A DNA stretch of 64,000 nucleotides from contig CM074520.1 of assembly GCA_037379345.1 (NCBI GenBank), positions 2,294,001 to 2,358,000 of the forward strand, read 5' to 3'. Numbering within the stretch: the stretch's first letter is position 1; each line of letters opens with the position of its first letter. Position numbers and translations under genes: made by a program. This stretch comes from Perna viridis (Eukaryota). Below are positions 1 through 11,967 of the stretch, in pieces. The notes below the pieces were generated by a model. The model did not search any database and had not been told where the DNA came from. It saw only the letters and a program-made list of their open reading frames with translations.

Positions 1-1397
1 TTTATGTATCCCATGAGATAGACCATCTAACAATTATACATTTGAAGCCTTGGTAATTCCTTCAATATATCTACTCATCAGATGCCCCTGTGATGTAATG
101 AGATTTAGGGTTTTACACAGTAAATATACACTGTAAAAGGACCTACACATTTTTTTGTTAATGAATGATAGTTAATGTTATAGGTGTAAAGAAAGATGAT
201 TTAAAACATGTAGATGGCCTGAATGGACTTTCTTAGCATACGATTAAGAATCAAACATATGATCTTAGTGGTGATGATAGTGCAAGCTCCAAAACAGTGT
301 CTGATGTTCCAAATTTACTTTAGACACTGCAGTCAGCCCTTTAAGAAATTGCAAGCATCTTGGAAAGTCAGGAAAATGTGAAAGATTTTTATCCAATTTT
401 CAAACGAAATATGACTTGAATAATGTCAGAGAACTTCGAAATGTCTGTCTGCAGTGGTTAGTAAGAGACAAATCTATCAACTGCCCTAGAGTAGAGCTTG
501 GTGGTAGTGGTCCAGCTGCAACGCATGTGTGCAAATTTTATGCAGTTATATAAAAATTAGTGGCAGCATTTTGATTTACTGTGTGAAGTGAGAACCACAG
601 AGTCAGATAGAAGGATGAATGGACACTAGTATTAAAATGCACAAAAAAAAAAAAACAAAAAAAAAACAGCTGCATAAAGATCAGCTAATCATCAATATGC
701 AAGCACTAGGAGAAAACATCTAGCAATGAGAAATATTTGTGAAATTTTCAAAGTCAAGCACTCATCATTTCATATCAAATCTGTTTAGCAAATACAAAGT
801 TATACAACAGCTGCAGCTTTTTTTGTAACCCTTCAAGATCCATATTCTTATAATCTGATCTACAGTGTACGTGTACATGCACTGTAAGCCAGTAAGATCT
901 GTAATTCAACCACATATGTATACATGTACATGTATTACTTAGGTACAGAATGTTGTATTTACAAAAAAATGATCTAAAATGGCTACTGTCGTACCTGCTC
1001 TTCCAGAACATGTGCCCCTGAAATCACTTGCTAAGAATATAGTACATATACATAATATACATGTACATGTACATGTAATTCCACATACAGAATATTTTTT
1101 CTGATTCTGAAATCGGTCTTCAACCTGATAAACCATGCAGATTCCATGAACATTTTATAGTGTTACAAAAATACCAGAATCGGGCAACACTAATTAATTG
1201 TTGAACTGCATTTTATTCAACTTCCCTAACAAACCCCAATTTATAGGGCACTGAACTTTCCGAGTTGCGTCCCTTTGTGTAGAATATATTTTTGCTTAGT
1301 TCTATTTAAGACATTTATACATTCAGGAAGCATACATTTGCAAAATAAGTACTAATTAATTATTTTTTATACGTGAACCGCGATAAAATTTACTCAC

Positions 1398-1595
1398 AAG
1401 TCGACAAATCGGGCATGGAAACTGAGTGCTTCCCTGGTTACTGGTTCCAGCATATTTCTCTGCGTAGTCCTCGATGCAACCTCTACAGAATGTATGTAAA
1501 CACGGCAAGGCCTTAGGCTGGTTGTAGCATTGTAGACATATAGAACATGTCAGGAATGTATCCTCTATGTGTTCGACAACACTCGAACTTGTCAT
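1398..1595 (-). CDS. First coding exon of a RING-finger (TRIM-like) E3 ubiquitin ligase; gene continues past the left window edge
   Basis: MTSSSVVEHIEDTFLTCSICL...PKALPCLHTFCRGCI...FPCPICRL is a C3HC4 RING typical of TRIM N-termini; phase-0 donor CTT|GTGAGT at 1398/1397. Confidence 0.88.
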
Positions 1596-1663
1596 GTTTG
1601 GAATTTCATCCCGATTACAACGAAACAGGTGCCCGAATTAGACAGACATGTTCAACAACAAAA

Positions 1664-1673
1664 GTCACGTGAC
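1664..1673. promoter_or_regulatory. Perfect GTCACGTGAC palindrome (extended E-box/CLEAR-type site) ~70 bp upstream of the RING gene ATG
   Basis: Sequence match inside a locally CpG-richer segment; function not shown. Confidence 0.45.
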
Positions 1674-2070
1674 GAGGACCAATTAAGGGCGACGACTATT
1701 CTTAGACCGTTTTGTATAGCGACAGTGGGGTTCGTGACAATAGGTATATATTCTGCAACATTGTGGAAATGTACACATGTATAATATGTTTTAGTTTACA
1801 GTCATATGCTTGGCAATTACAGTATTTCTTCTTTCGTGAGAATAAAACACCAAAAAGAAGGGAAAGATAGAAAAAAAATGTTATAGAGGTAAAAAAATCA
1901 TTTACCACAAGAAAGAGCAGTCTGGTTACAACTATTATGATTTTCAAATACAAAATGAAATAAATAAATAAATAAATAAAAATCTGATATGTTTTTTACG
2001 GACCACTTTAATTTCTGGACTATAGTTTATCCACCCCCACAAAAAAATATATCTCGAAGTAATTTTTGTA

Positions 2071-2318
2071 AATCTCTTACAGTTTGATAAAATTCACCAT
2101 TCTACGGTGGTACATTTAGGACACACAATATTTTAATTTCCCGTAAATAAGCCGAGCGCTCGACTTGTTAAACAAAATCAAAAATGAAGAAACAAAGGCG
2201 TTTTATTTTTCTTCTGAAAATTAAGTCGAGCGCCAACTTTTTTACGGGAAATTTAAATCATTGTGCGTCTTAAGTGTACCACCGTAGAATGGTGAATTTA
2301 ATCAAACTGTAAGAGATT
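2071..2318. mobile_element. Hairpin MITE (long inverted repeat)
   Basis: ~95-bp arms AATCTCTTACAGTTTGAT...GCGCTCGACTT (2071-2166) and near-complement (2223-2318). Confidence 0.75.
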
Positions 2319-2488
2319 AAAAAAAAACATACGTTTGAAGTCAATCTGGTTTCTTCCCTTTAATCTTGTTCTTCATTTTGCAATTTTATGATTATTTGAG
2401 GAGTAAAAATTCAAACAATTGGTAGAAATTGATAAACTAGTACTTTAATTGATTTTAAATTACTTTGAGATATTTTTTGTTTAGTATA

Positions 2489-2960
2489 CCTTTTCTTTGC
2501 TTAGATATTACACTAGAAAATGGCAACATTTATGATAAAAGAGACGGTTTTTGATTTTTTTTCTTGTCAATTTCCATTTTCTAGATGGTGATATTCCTGA
2601 AGCACCCCGTATGGTATTTATACATTTCACAATAGGTCAACGACTTTTCGCTTGTTTTTGTATTTTTTAAAGAACGCAATAAATCACAGCAAAGGTATTG
2701 CACCTTGGGCATCGACATCACTAACTTCTCAAAACAATTACTAAGTTTTTTTTCACTGTTACAAACTTTGATACAGAAATATATGTAGCATTTGCAGGTT
2801 CGTAATTCCTCACCTAATTATTTACAGGAATGAAATATACATTGTAGTCTTAATTTCAAATAAAATTCGATGGGTTTATCAGCTGCCTTTGATAGATTTA
2901 TTGGTGAAGGATACGATTTTCAAAATATTTTCTATTCTCTGAACCTTTTTTTCACAAATA
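2489..2960 (+). mobile_element. Decayed Penelope-like retroelement, RT C-terminal fragment
   Basis: Frameshifted translation PFLCLDITLENGNIYDKRDGF-DFFLVNFHFLDGDIPEAP-YGIY-ISQ...FKERN-TAKVLHLGHRHH-LLKTITKFF resembles the YDKRDDFNF..VNFPFL..D.P...YGVYISQ signature. Confidence 0.7.
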
Positions 2961-3096
2961 GATGTATTCGACCACTTACTGCACCCATACGTAAGTCATG
3001 TTTGTGCATTACACTACATCGAATCTTGCCTACTTGACGTTACTACTCCGAATCCAGTCCCTGGAACTGTTGTGAGTGATTATTTGATGCTGTGGT

Positions 3097-3217
3097 CCTT
3101 TTCACAAATAATCGTAAGTGTAAAATTAGTCGTAAGTTATGACGTCACAATATTTTGATTTACTCTGACGTCATAACTTACGACTAATTTTACACTTACG
3201 ATTTTTGTGTGAAAAGG
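3097..3217. mobile_element. Short palindromic MITE
   Basis: ~50-bp near-perfect arms CCTTTTCACA...TTATGACGTCA / TGACGTCATAA...TGTGAAAAGG. Confidence 0.75.
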
Positions 3218-3248
3218 AAAACTGGTGGTTTTGATGGTATTGTCATTA

Positions 3249-4561
3249 TGTGGCGGATACCGTCTTTAATTTGCATTCATTTTTAATAAATAACTTCAAA
3301 AGAGGTTTCCAAGATCATTATACCTTATATTTGAGTGATATTTGGGTTTAATTTGGTCTTTTGTCTCTTTTACTTTGTGCCCCGTGCAGGTCCGGGTGTT
3401 AAAAGAATAGGTCTGCAACAGCGCTAAGCTTGTCGTAAAACCTGACCGCAAACCATAGTGGTGCACCGTGTTGGGAAAGATGCCACGTTCCTCGCATGTT
3501 AAAGAACCCTACTGTGGTATTCTCCCGGAGTAGGAACCATAGGGCTCCGCCACAGGAGGCTAAAGTGCCCAACCCTACCCACCTCTCCCTATTTCCAGTG
3601 GCAATCAAAATTTGTCGACCCCATTGTCCTTGTGTCCCATCCCCTTTTCATTTCATCATCATTTCATGTTCATTTTATCATTAATTTCATGTTCATCGTC
3701 TGAATATAGCTGAAATATTGCTGCTCGGACGTTAAACCTCAACAAACAAACAAACAAAACTTTTACTTCGTTAGGCCCTTTATGGTTGTCCGCGAACTAA
3801 TTAAGTTCAGAATGAAGATTTACCCTCGGGTTTTTAGTATTGGGTGCGTTCATGGTTAATGCATGAGTACTATTCTCATTTTAGGGTAGAGCAATTTTAT
3901 TTAAATTTTTATTTGAATACTTTTCATAAATGTATTAAACAAGTTATTTGGATATTCCTTTTATGGAAGTGAACTTTGTTTAACCTTTTTTCAGTAGTAT
4001 ATAAGCTCGTGAGATTCTCACTTAAGGGCTTTTTCCTCACAAGAGCCAGTAGTGTCTGTACAAGACTAAGGTAGATTCCTTTAGCAGGACGTTGTGCTAC
4101 CTTGCAGTTGTAGCCAGTACCGATCATCGATTGTGTATTTTTGGCTCTTGCGTACCTTTCCAATATTTGGCATTTTTCTAAATTAGTAGGATCTTCCACG
4201 TCTGGTCTTGTTTCGGTAATTTGACTTAACTTTAATTAGGAATGTAGGTTTTTTTTTAAATGTAGATTTTATGAGCAGGGTTTTATTAGTGAGTTATTCG
4301 CATAGATTGATCCATTAAACTATGTTAAACTTTGTAACTTATTAAATAATTGTCACTTACTATATAACAAATACACTGTTGTTAATATTTAGACATTTTT
4401 TACCTATTAAATATGTAAAACTTTCTTGCCTTTTACTTCGTAAACCAGGAGGAGACAGAAACTCAGGTCCCTGTGTTCGAACCGGAATAAAAATGCTATT
4501 GATTGAAAATAAGACTGAACAACTACATTGTAACATCTAAAATTCACTAGCTCCGGTTACA
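3249..4561 (+). repeat. 5' LTR (TG...CA), containing a SINE insertion
   Basis: Starts TGTGGCGG, ends CCGGTTACA just before the PBS; first ~155 bp (excluding the SINE) match 12738-12891 with ~8 substitutions and one 2-bp indel. Confidence 0.88.
3376..3759 (+). mobile_element. SINE-like retroposon (Meta-core-like) inserted in the 5' LTR
   Basis: Absent from the 3' LTR; 9-bp TSD CTTTTACTT (3367-3375 and 3760-3768); GCATGTTAAAGAACCC core-like motif; tail TAGCTGAAATATTGCT...CGTTAAAC followed by (CAAA)n. Confidence 0.8.
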
Positions 4562-4564
4562 ATT

Positions 4565-4580
4565 TGGTGGCCAGTGTGGG
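4565..4580 (+). promoter_or_regulatory. Primer binding site, probably tRNA-Ile(AAU)
   Basis: TGGTGGCCAGTGTGGG a few nt after the LTR end; close to the complement of the tRNA-Ile 3' end (TGGTGGCCAGTACGGG). Confidence 0.75.
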
Positions 4581-4673
4581 AACCTGTTGTGAAAAATCTG
4601 CCACCTCTTGTTTATTTTTTTTAGTTTACAAGTTTAACATTGAATATTAAATTAAATTAATACGGATAGTAAA

Positions 4674-7150
4674 ATGGCCCAAGGACAGGACCTAGAAAAC
4701 TTTAAAAGAACTTTTCAGCAGGCAATGAGTCAGTTACAAGTCCAAATAGATAATATACCAACAGTTAAGGATGAAAATTATCAGTCAGATCTATCTTTAT
4801 TTAGCCCGTTAGGCACGCAAACTAGAATTTCAAACTTTGAAGAAGAATTTGATCAAGTTGAACCGAGCCGTATGTTTGAGGTAAGGTCAAATGCATTTCA
4901 TAAAGACGATGAAAACGAGGATGATTCAGAATCGGAATTACCAGGATACTCCACAGTCTTGTATTACACAAGCCATAGCACACCGTCTGGGGATGCGAGT
5001 GACAGTTGATGATTATACCAACAGTAGTGCCACACCCCAAGTTACACCGCATGAATCACAGTTTAGCAATCGTATATTAGCTTCCTCTATGCGATCACCG
5101 GTACAACACAAATCCATAATTAGTTCATCCAAAAGTCATATATCAAACGCGGCGAAAGTCTCAACTGCAGTAGGTACACTAAAACAAGTAAGCTTCAATT
5201 ACAGGAAACCACCGTTAGCTAAACGTGAATGTGAACCTGATACATTTGACGGGAAAACTATAGATTAGCAAGATTACATTGTTCACTTTGAACAAGTTAC
5301 GGATTGGACAGGTTGGAATCCACGAGAATGTGCACAAATGTTATGTATGAGTTTACGTGGAACCGCACAGAAGTTACTAGGGGATGCGGAGCCAGAGGTT
5401 CTAGGCAACTATTTGTTATTGACCGATATGTTAAGCCGACGGTTCCCGCCAAAGGAACGAATTACCGCTTATCAGTGCGAATTCAACTCACGAACAATCC
5501 TGAAGAGTCTGTAAACTCTCTCATCTTACAGTTGTGTGATATATATACTAACAATAGCTTCAAATAAATCAAAACCAAATATAAAAGCCATAAAGCGACG
5601 GAAACAAAAACGCTCTTGGTCACCTGTCATCAAACAGGCATGTCAAGAGAATAAGTTATACTTCTGGATATGGAAGGAGAATGGTAGACCAGTGGACCCA
5701 TATAATGAACACTTTAAACTCATGAAAGAAGCCAAAAAGAACCTCCGTAAATTACAACGTCAGTACGAGGCAAGTAAAAGGAGATCAACATATGAAAATA
5801 TTATGGCAGCTCATGAGGGAGATCAAACTATCTTGTACAAACTCATAGGCGAGCAGAGAAAAGATGGAAATAGGGGAACTACCTACCTCACTGTAAATGA
5901 CCAAAATCTTACAACTAATGATGAGATTTGTGAGGGGTGGGCAGAATATTTCAAAGATCTAGCTACGCCAAATAGCTCCGATTGCTCCGATGATTCATAC
6001 AACCCCCGAGTCGAACTTGATCGTCTACTACTGGAAGATATATGTAAAAATAATAAAGATATCACACCAATATTTCTGGAATCTGAGGTGCAAGATATAA
6101 TCTCCTCAATGAAAAATCGCAAGTCCCCAGATAGTCTAGGAGTAATGACAGAACATTTTAAGTATGGCGGATATAAATTACTGGCGTTCTTAACAAAACT
6201 GATAAATCAAATCTTTGACAAAGGTCTGGTACCAGATCAGTTTCGAACTGGAACTGTGACACCTGTATTCAAGAATAAGGGGAAACCGTTACATGATCCT
6301 AATAGTTATCGCAAGATCACAGTAGATAGTATTGCTGGTATACTGGTGGAGAAACTACATCTCAATTTATTAACAGCTAAGATTGTCTTTGAACAATCTA
6401 AACTCCAACGTGGTTTCACAAATGGTGTATCACCATCTAGGGCGGCATTAATAGTAACAGAGCTCAGAGCAGAGGCAAGAGATAATCGATCTCCCGTATT
6501 TTTTTGATTCCTAGATGCGGCCAAGGCCTTCGACAAAGTCTGGCATGGATCAATGCTAAAAAAATGATTTTCCTCGACTGGGGAAACAGGGTATATAGCT
6601 TGGATGGTTGGCTGAGTCTCACCAGGGACTAGAGTTACCGTCTAGTATATTGTAGTTATATTATAAATTTTACCGAACCCAAACTATAGATAGGGATTTA
6701 TGCAGATCCGTTGGATATAAGCACCGGATCTGCAGTTCTCCAGAAAGTGGAGAAATATACGTAACAACAACAACAGGAGGCAGAACGTATCATTAGCTGA
6801 TTACGGTTACGCATTGAGGCGTTTAGTTAAATTAGCGTATCCTGATGTAGATAAAACTGAAGACTCAGCCATAGATCAATTCATTAATGGATTGAATGAT
6901 TTTGAAGTTCAGAAAAGGGTGCAATTTTCACATCCAAAAAACGTTAGAACGTGCTATCGCTGTAGCAATTGAGTATGACGCTATTCCTCCTTTTTATACA
7001 AAATACAAAAGATATGGTCATCATATAGAGGGATGTACAACACCAATCTGTTTTAAGTGCAAAAAAATGGTCATATGTCTAGATTTTGTAAACAGAATAC
7101 AAATAGTCAAATAGGAGACATGAAAACTCAGATGCTGGTCATAATTTTAA
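4674..7150 (+). pseudogene. gag: Gypsy gag, frameshifted and split by a LINE insertion
   Basis: EPDTFDGKTID*QDYIVHFEQV; CAQMLCMSLRGTAQKLL; RFPPKERITAYQCEFNSR, resuming after the LINE as RRQNVSLADYGYALRRLVKLAYPD; frameshifted CCHC knuckle CFKCKK-GHMSRFC ~7047-7090. Confidence 0.85.
5494..6775 (+). mobile_element. Non-LTR retrotransposon (LINE, RTE-X-like) fragment, 5'-truncated and internally deleted
   Basis: ORF 5536-6507 with WSPVIKQA..FWIWKENGRP, KSPDSLGV, PVFKNKGKP..DPNSYRKIT, LQRGF; then FLDAAKAFDKVWH after a frameshift; 3' UTR stem-loop TGCAGATCCG/CGGATCTGCA (6701-6734) and (AAC)n tail. Confidence 0.88.
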
Positions 7151-7712
7151 TAACAACAGCCTGCGTTCAGGGCCAGAGACACAGGCTCTTTAAATGATAG
7201 GCCCACTGTTGACATAAATCCTATAAAAAAAAACGGGCTTTTTGCTCCTGCTAAAATGGGACATCAGAAATTCAATCTTTTAATAGATACTGGTTCTATT
7301 GTTAGTTGTATTTCAAAATCAAAACTTGATGAAATGGCAACATGGAGAAATGTTCAAAACTGTTCAACTTCTTTAGTTAGTGCAGGTTGTTTAGACCTTT
7401 GAGTTCGTGGCAAAGATTTTGTTATTCATGATATCCCATTTAAACAAGATTTTGTAGTAATTTTAGGGATAGATTTTCTGGAGGCAAACCAAGCATTAGT
7501 AAATGTTTATAAAGCTTTACTAGTTATGCCAGATATGAGCACAATAAAGTTGAATAAACTTAAAAATTCACACTGTGCACTGATCAGACTAAAGGATAGG
7601 CTAGTGTTACCTGCAAATACAGAGTCATTGGTTCAAATTAAAATTCCTAAAAATGTTATGAGCGACGATATGATAGTTGAGCCAAATGTCACCCTTACAA
7701 AACAAGGTGTAC

Positions 7713-7827
7713 TGATTTATTTACTTTATGTTCTTTGTTGTGTATGTCTGTTTTCCATGTCTGGTCTTTGTCCCTGGATTATATTCTTTTGATTACCGCT
7801 ATAACCTTGATTCCCTTGATTACTCTT
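7713..7827 (+). mobile_element. Short Penelope-like 3' tail inserted in pol
   Basis: Interrupts KQGVLI|SSTL; related sequence at 16720-16950(-) and 59776-59941(-). Confidence 0.7.
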
Positions 7828-7928
7828 TCAAGTACTTTAGGTAATACTAAGAGTAGGGAAGTTATTATTTCTGCAATAAATTGTAGGGATTTTGATTTAA
7901 GAAAGAACAAAGTTGTAGGGAGTATTCA

Positions 7929-8317
7929 GAAATGATCTCAGACCCAGTAGAGATAAAGCAAACAGTACTAACTTCTGAAATGATCTCTGACCCAGTAGAG
8001 GTAAAGCAAACAGTACTAACTTCTGAAATGATCTCAGACCCAGTAGAGATAAAGCAAACAGTACTAACTTCTGAAATGATCTCTGACCAGTAGAGGTAAA
8101 GCAAACAGTACTAACTTATGAAATGATCTCAGACCCAGTAGAGGTAAAGCAAACAGTACTAACTTCTGAAATGATCTCTGACCCAGTAGAGGTAAAGCAA
8201 ACAGTACTAACTTCTGAAATGATCTCAGACCCAGTAGAGGTAAAGCAAACAGTACTAACTTCTGAAATGATCTCAGACCCAGTAGCGATAAAGCAAACAG
8301 TACTAACTTCTGAAATG
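7929..8317 (+). repeat. 48-bp tandem repeat x8 inside pol (EMISDPVEVKQTVLTS)
   Basis: Unit GAAATGATCTCAGACCCAGTAGAGGTAAAGCAAACAGTACTAACTTCT; the 4th copy lacks 1 nt. Confidence 0.95.
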
Positions 8318-11300
8318 CCAGAACATTTATAATGTTTAACGGATAAGATCTCTGATAAACTTACTGAGAGTCAAAAAGAAGAAATTGAGGAACTGGTCAT
8401 TAAATTTCAAGATATTTTGTTAGGTCCAGATGGGAAGTTAGGCAGAACAGACCTAGTGAAGCATACTATTGACACAGGCAATACCAAACCAATAAAAAAT
8501 ACCCCCTATAAGAACTCCAATAAAATTGAGGGAGGTTATTGATCAGGAAGTTGATAATATGCTACAACAGGGAGTAATTGAACCTAGTAGTAGTCCCTGG
8601 AGTGCCCCTGTCATCCTATGTCTTAAAAAGGATAAAACTTGGAGATTTTGCATTGATTATCGCCTTCTTAATGCTGCTACTTTAAAAGATTCATACCCCC
8701 TCCCAAAAATTGATACTTCTCTTGATTCATTAGGAGGTAAGTGGTTCAGTACCATTGATTTAGCATCTGGTTATTGGCAGGTTATGGTAGATGAAAAGGA
8801 CAGGCCCAAAACAGCTTTTGCATGTCAAAAAGGTTTATACCAGTTTAGGGTGATGCCATTCGGGTTGTGCAATGCTCCTAGCAGTTTTGAAAGATTAATG
8901 GATATAGTATTAAAGGGTTACCAATGGGAAAGGTGTTTATATTACCTGGATGATGTGATAATTTTTGGTCCAACTTTTGAGAAAGCTATGGAAAATTTGG
9001 AACTTGTATTTGATAGGTTTAGGGGTGCAAATTTAAAGTTAAAACCCCAAAAGTGTTTCCTTTTTCAACACCAAGTTCTTTATTTAGGTCATGTTGTGTC
9101 AGATGAAGGAATCAGTTGTAATCCTGATAACGTTAAGGCTCCAAGTGAATGGCCTGCTCCTAGAAATGTAAATGAGGTCCGGAGTTATCTTGGCTTAGCT
9201 GGTTACTACCGTCGCTTTATTCAATTTTTCAGAAGTTGCCTCTCCTTTGACAAATTTAACTAAACAGGTGTGAAGTTTGCATGGGATGAAAGTTGTCAAA
9301 ATGCATTTGTTCATTTGAAGGAAAAACTTACTTCAGCTCCCGACCTCAGTTATCCAATGGGTGAGGGTCAGTTTATTTTAGATACTGATGCTAGTGGACA
9401 TGCTATAGTTGCAGTCATATCACAAGTTCAAGGGTCAGAGGAAAAAGTAATTGCTTATGTTAGTCGCATGTTAACCGAGTCTCAGATGAAGTATTGTACA
9501 ACTCATAGAGAACTTTCGGCTGTGGTTATATTTGTAAAATATTTTTGCCTTTATTTGTTTGGTCGTCAGTTCAAAATACGTACAGATCACGCTTCTTTCA
9601 TTTGGTTAAAAAGATTTAAACAGCCTGAAGGAATGGTTGCTCGATGGATTTCTGTTCTAGATACTTATGATTATTTAATAGAGCATAGGAAGGGTAGTCA
9701 ACATACAAATGCAGATGTATTATCTCGAAAACCCTATAGGTAATGCAAAAGGAAAGATTGTCCTGGCTGTGATAAGGTTGATGGTAGTTTAACTTTGGAA
9801 AATGGTGACGGTAATGTCATAGCTCCTTTAAGGTTTGAAGGTCTGTCTTGATAACACCATTCCTTATGAGGAAGAGGAAGGTGCAGCAGAGAATAATATT
9901 GATTTACCACAAATGTCTAATTGGTTGAGAATTTGGTCAAATGGAGACATTTTAAGCTGGCAAGAAAATAATCCTGATACAGCTAAAGTTGTCGAAATGT
10001 TGAATCAATATGATCAAAAACCAGAGAGAGATATTGTGACAGGTAGTAGTTAGGAACCTTTGGAGTACTTGGGAGTCATTAACCCTAGTGAATGGTATTC
10101 TTTATCTCAAGTATTATCAAGGTGAAAATGAAAGTCTTTTTTTTTAGTTCTACTCAAGGAGATTCGTAGTCAATTCATGTTATTGCAGGTCATTTAGGTA
10201 GGGATCATACAATAAAAGCAATTAAACATAGATTTTATTGGCCTGGTATGACATCTGATATCAGTGCATGGGTTCGAGAATGTTCAGTTTGTGCCCGAGC
10301 TAAGCCTGGTCCAGGAGTAGGCAGATTTCCACTTCAGCAGTCCTCAGTAGGATGTCCTTTTGATAGGATAGGTGTAGACATAGTAGGCCCAATTCCTGTA
10401 ACAGAATACAGGAATGAATATTTGATTGTAGTACAAGACTACTTAACCAAATGGGTTGAAGCTTTTGCTGTCCCAAATCATAATGCATTAACAGAAGCTG
10501 ACAAATTAGTTACAGAAATACTTTGTAGATTTGGTATGCCTAGTCAAATTCATAGTGATCAGGGTAGGATATTTGAGTCTGAACTGTTTAAATCTGTGTG
10601 TGATATATTGGGAATTGATAAAACTAGAACTGCCCCTTACCGCCCACAAAGCGATGGCCTTGTGGAGAGATTCAATCAAACTTTACAGAGGATGTTATCA
10701 ATGTTTGTCAATAAATTTAGAAATAACTTGGATGACCTGTTAACTTTTGTATTAATGGCAAACAGAGCCACAGAAAATGACTCTACTGGAATAAGTCCTC
10801 ATAAAATGTTAACATGTAGGGAAATGTCTTATCCTCTTGACATTATGGTAGGAAACCCTAAAGATAAAGAAGTTTGTTGTCCCATAGAATATGTTCAATC
10901 GATAGGTTATTCTTTTGAGAAAATGTTCAATTTTGTAAGGCAGAATTTAGCTGCAAATAGACAGAAAAAGAACTATGATAGGTGTATTAAACCTAGACAA
11001 TGGCTATGGTATCCACCAACAGCTGGTATTAAGTTAGGTTTAGGATGGAGAGGTCCCTATAAAGTTTTAACTAAACTTACTGAAGTTACTTACAGAGTAC
11101 AAGAAGTTCCAAATTCTAGGCCCATAGTGCTTCATGTAGATCATCTAAAGCCATATCTAGGTTCAGTTCCAGAAGCTTGGCGTCAGCCTGCAATAGAGGA
11201 TTCAGAGTCAGATGAAACTGACATAGAACCACCTGTCTTTGATAACTTTTTCCATTCATCTTTTTCTGATAATAGTGCTCATCTTGATGATGAACCTATT

Positions 11301-11967
11301 CCTCATACACCTACCCAAAACAGAACTAGATGTGGAAGAGTTGTTAGAAAGCCTACTAAATATTCACCTTGTATATAGCTTTATGTGTTATATAAATATA
11401 TTTACGCTTAGTACAAATGTACCTAAATTAGGTACTCAAATCATATACATGAGTATAGTTTGAATGGTATGGTAAAATGGTAAACAGTTGGTAAGGAAGT
11501 AATGAGTTGATTTCATAATTGATATGTATTCCTTTAATTGAGTAAATTAGTGGGAGAAGTTAGAATTTATTCTATAGAGGGGTTTAATATTTATTCAGAT
11601 CCTACATGTACAGTGTATACAAATATCAAGCATTATCATAGATATTAAGTAGTTTGTTGATATGACAAAATACTACTGATAAGAATATTATATGATCACT
11701 TCGTAGACCTATTTAAAACTCTCAGTGAGAATCAGAAGAGTTTGTATACTTGATTTGATATGTTTTCTTTATCTCAAAAAAAAAAAAGATTGTCCTTAAA
11801 ACCTGACAAGAAACGTGTTGAAATATTTCCGGTACTATTGTCTTTACTTAATACAAAGTATGTCACCCACATACCTATATCTTTGATATTTACAAAATGT
11901 ATGCTTGACTATATGCACATTGTGAATACCCAGAGTATTTTCTTTACTTACCCTGTTATTTTACAGT

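Larger units (their letters stand above)
7200..11378 (+). pseudogene. pol: Gypsy pol (protease, RT, RNase H, integrase) with stops and frameshifts
   Basis: Protease LLIDTGS (DTG 7286-7294); RT 8526-9263 (WRFCIDYR, VMPFGLCNAP, YLDD); RNase H 9270-9743 (LDTDAS, TDH); integrase 10248-11378 (GVDIVGP, HSDQG, SDGLVER, GPY, HVDHLKPY). Confidence 0.95.

Noticed and set aside
3924-4199. 91-aa antisense ORF in the 5' LTR
   Set aside because: Non-ATG start and no recognisable motif
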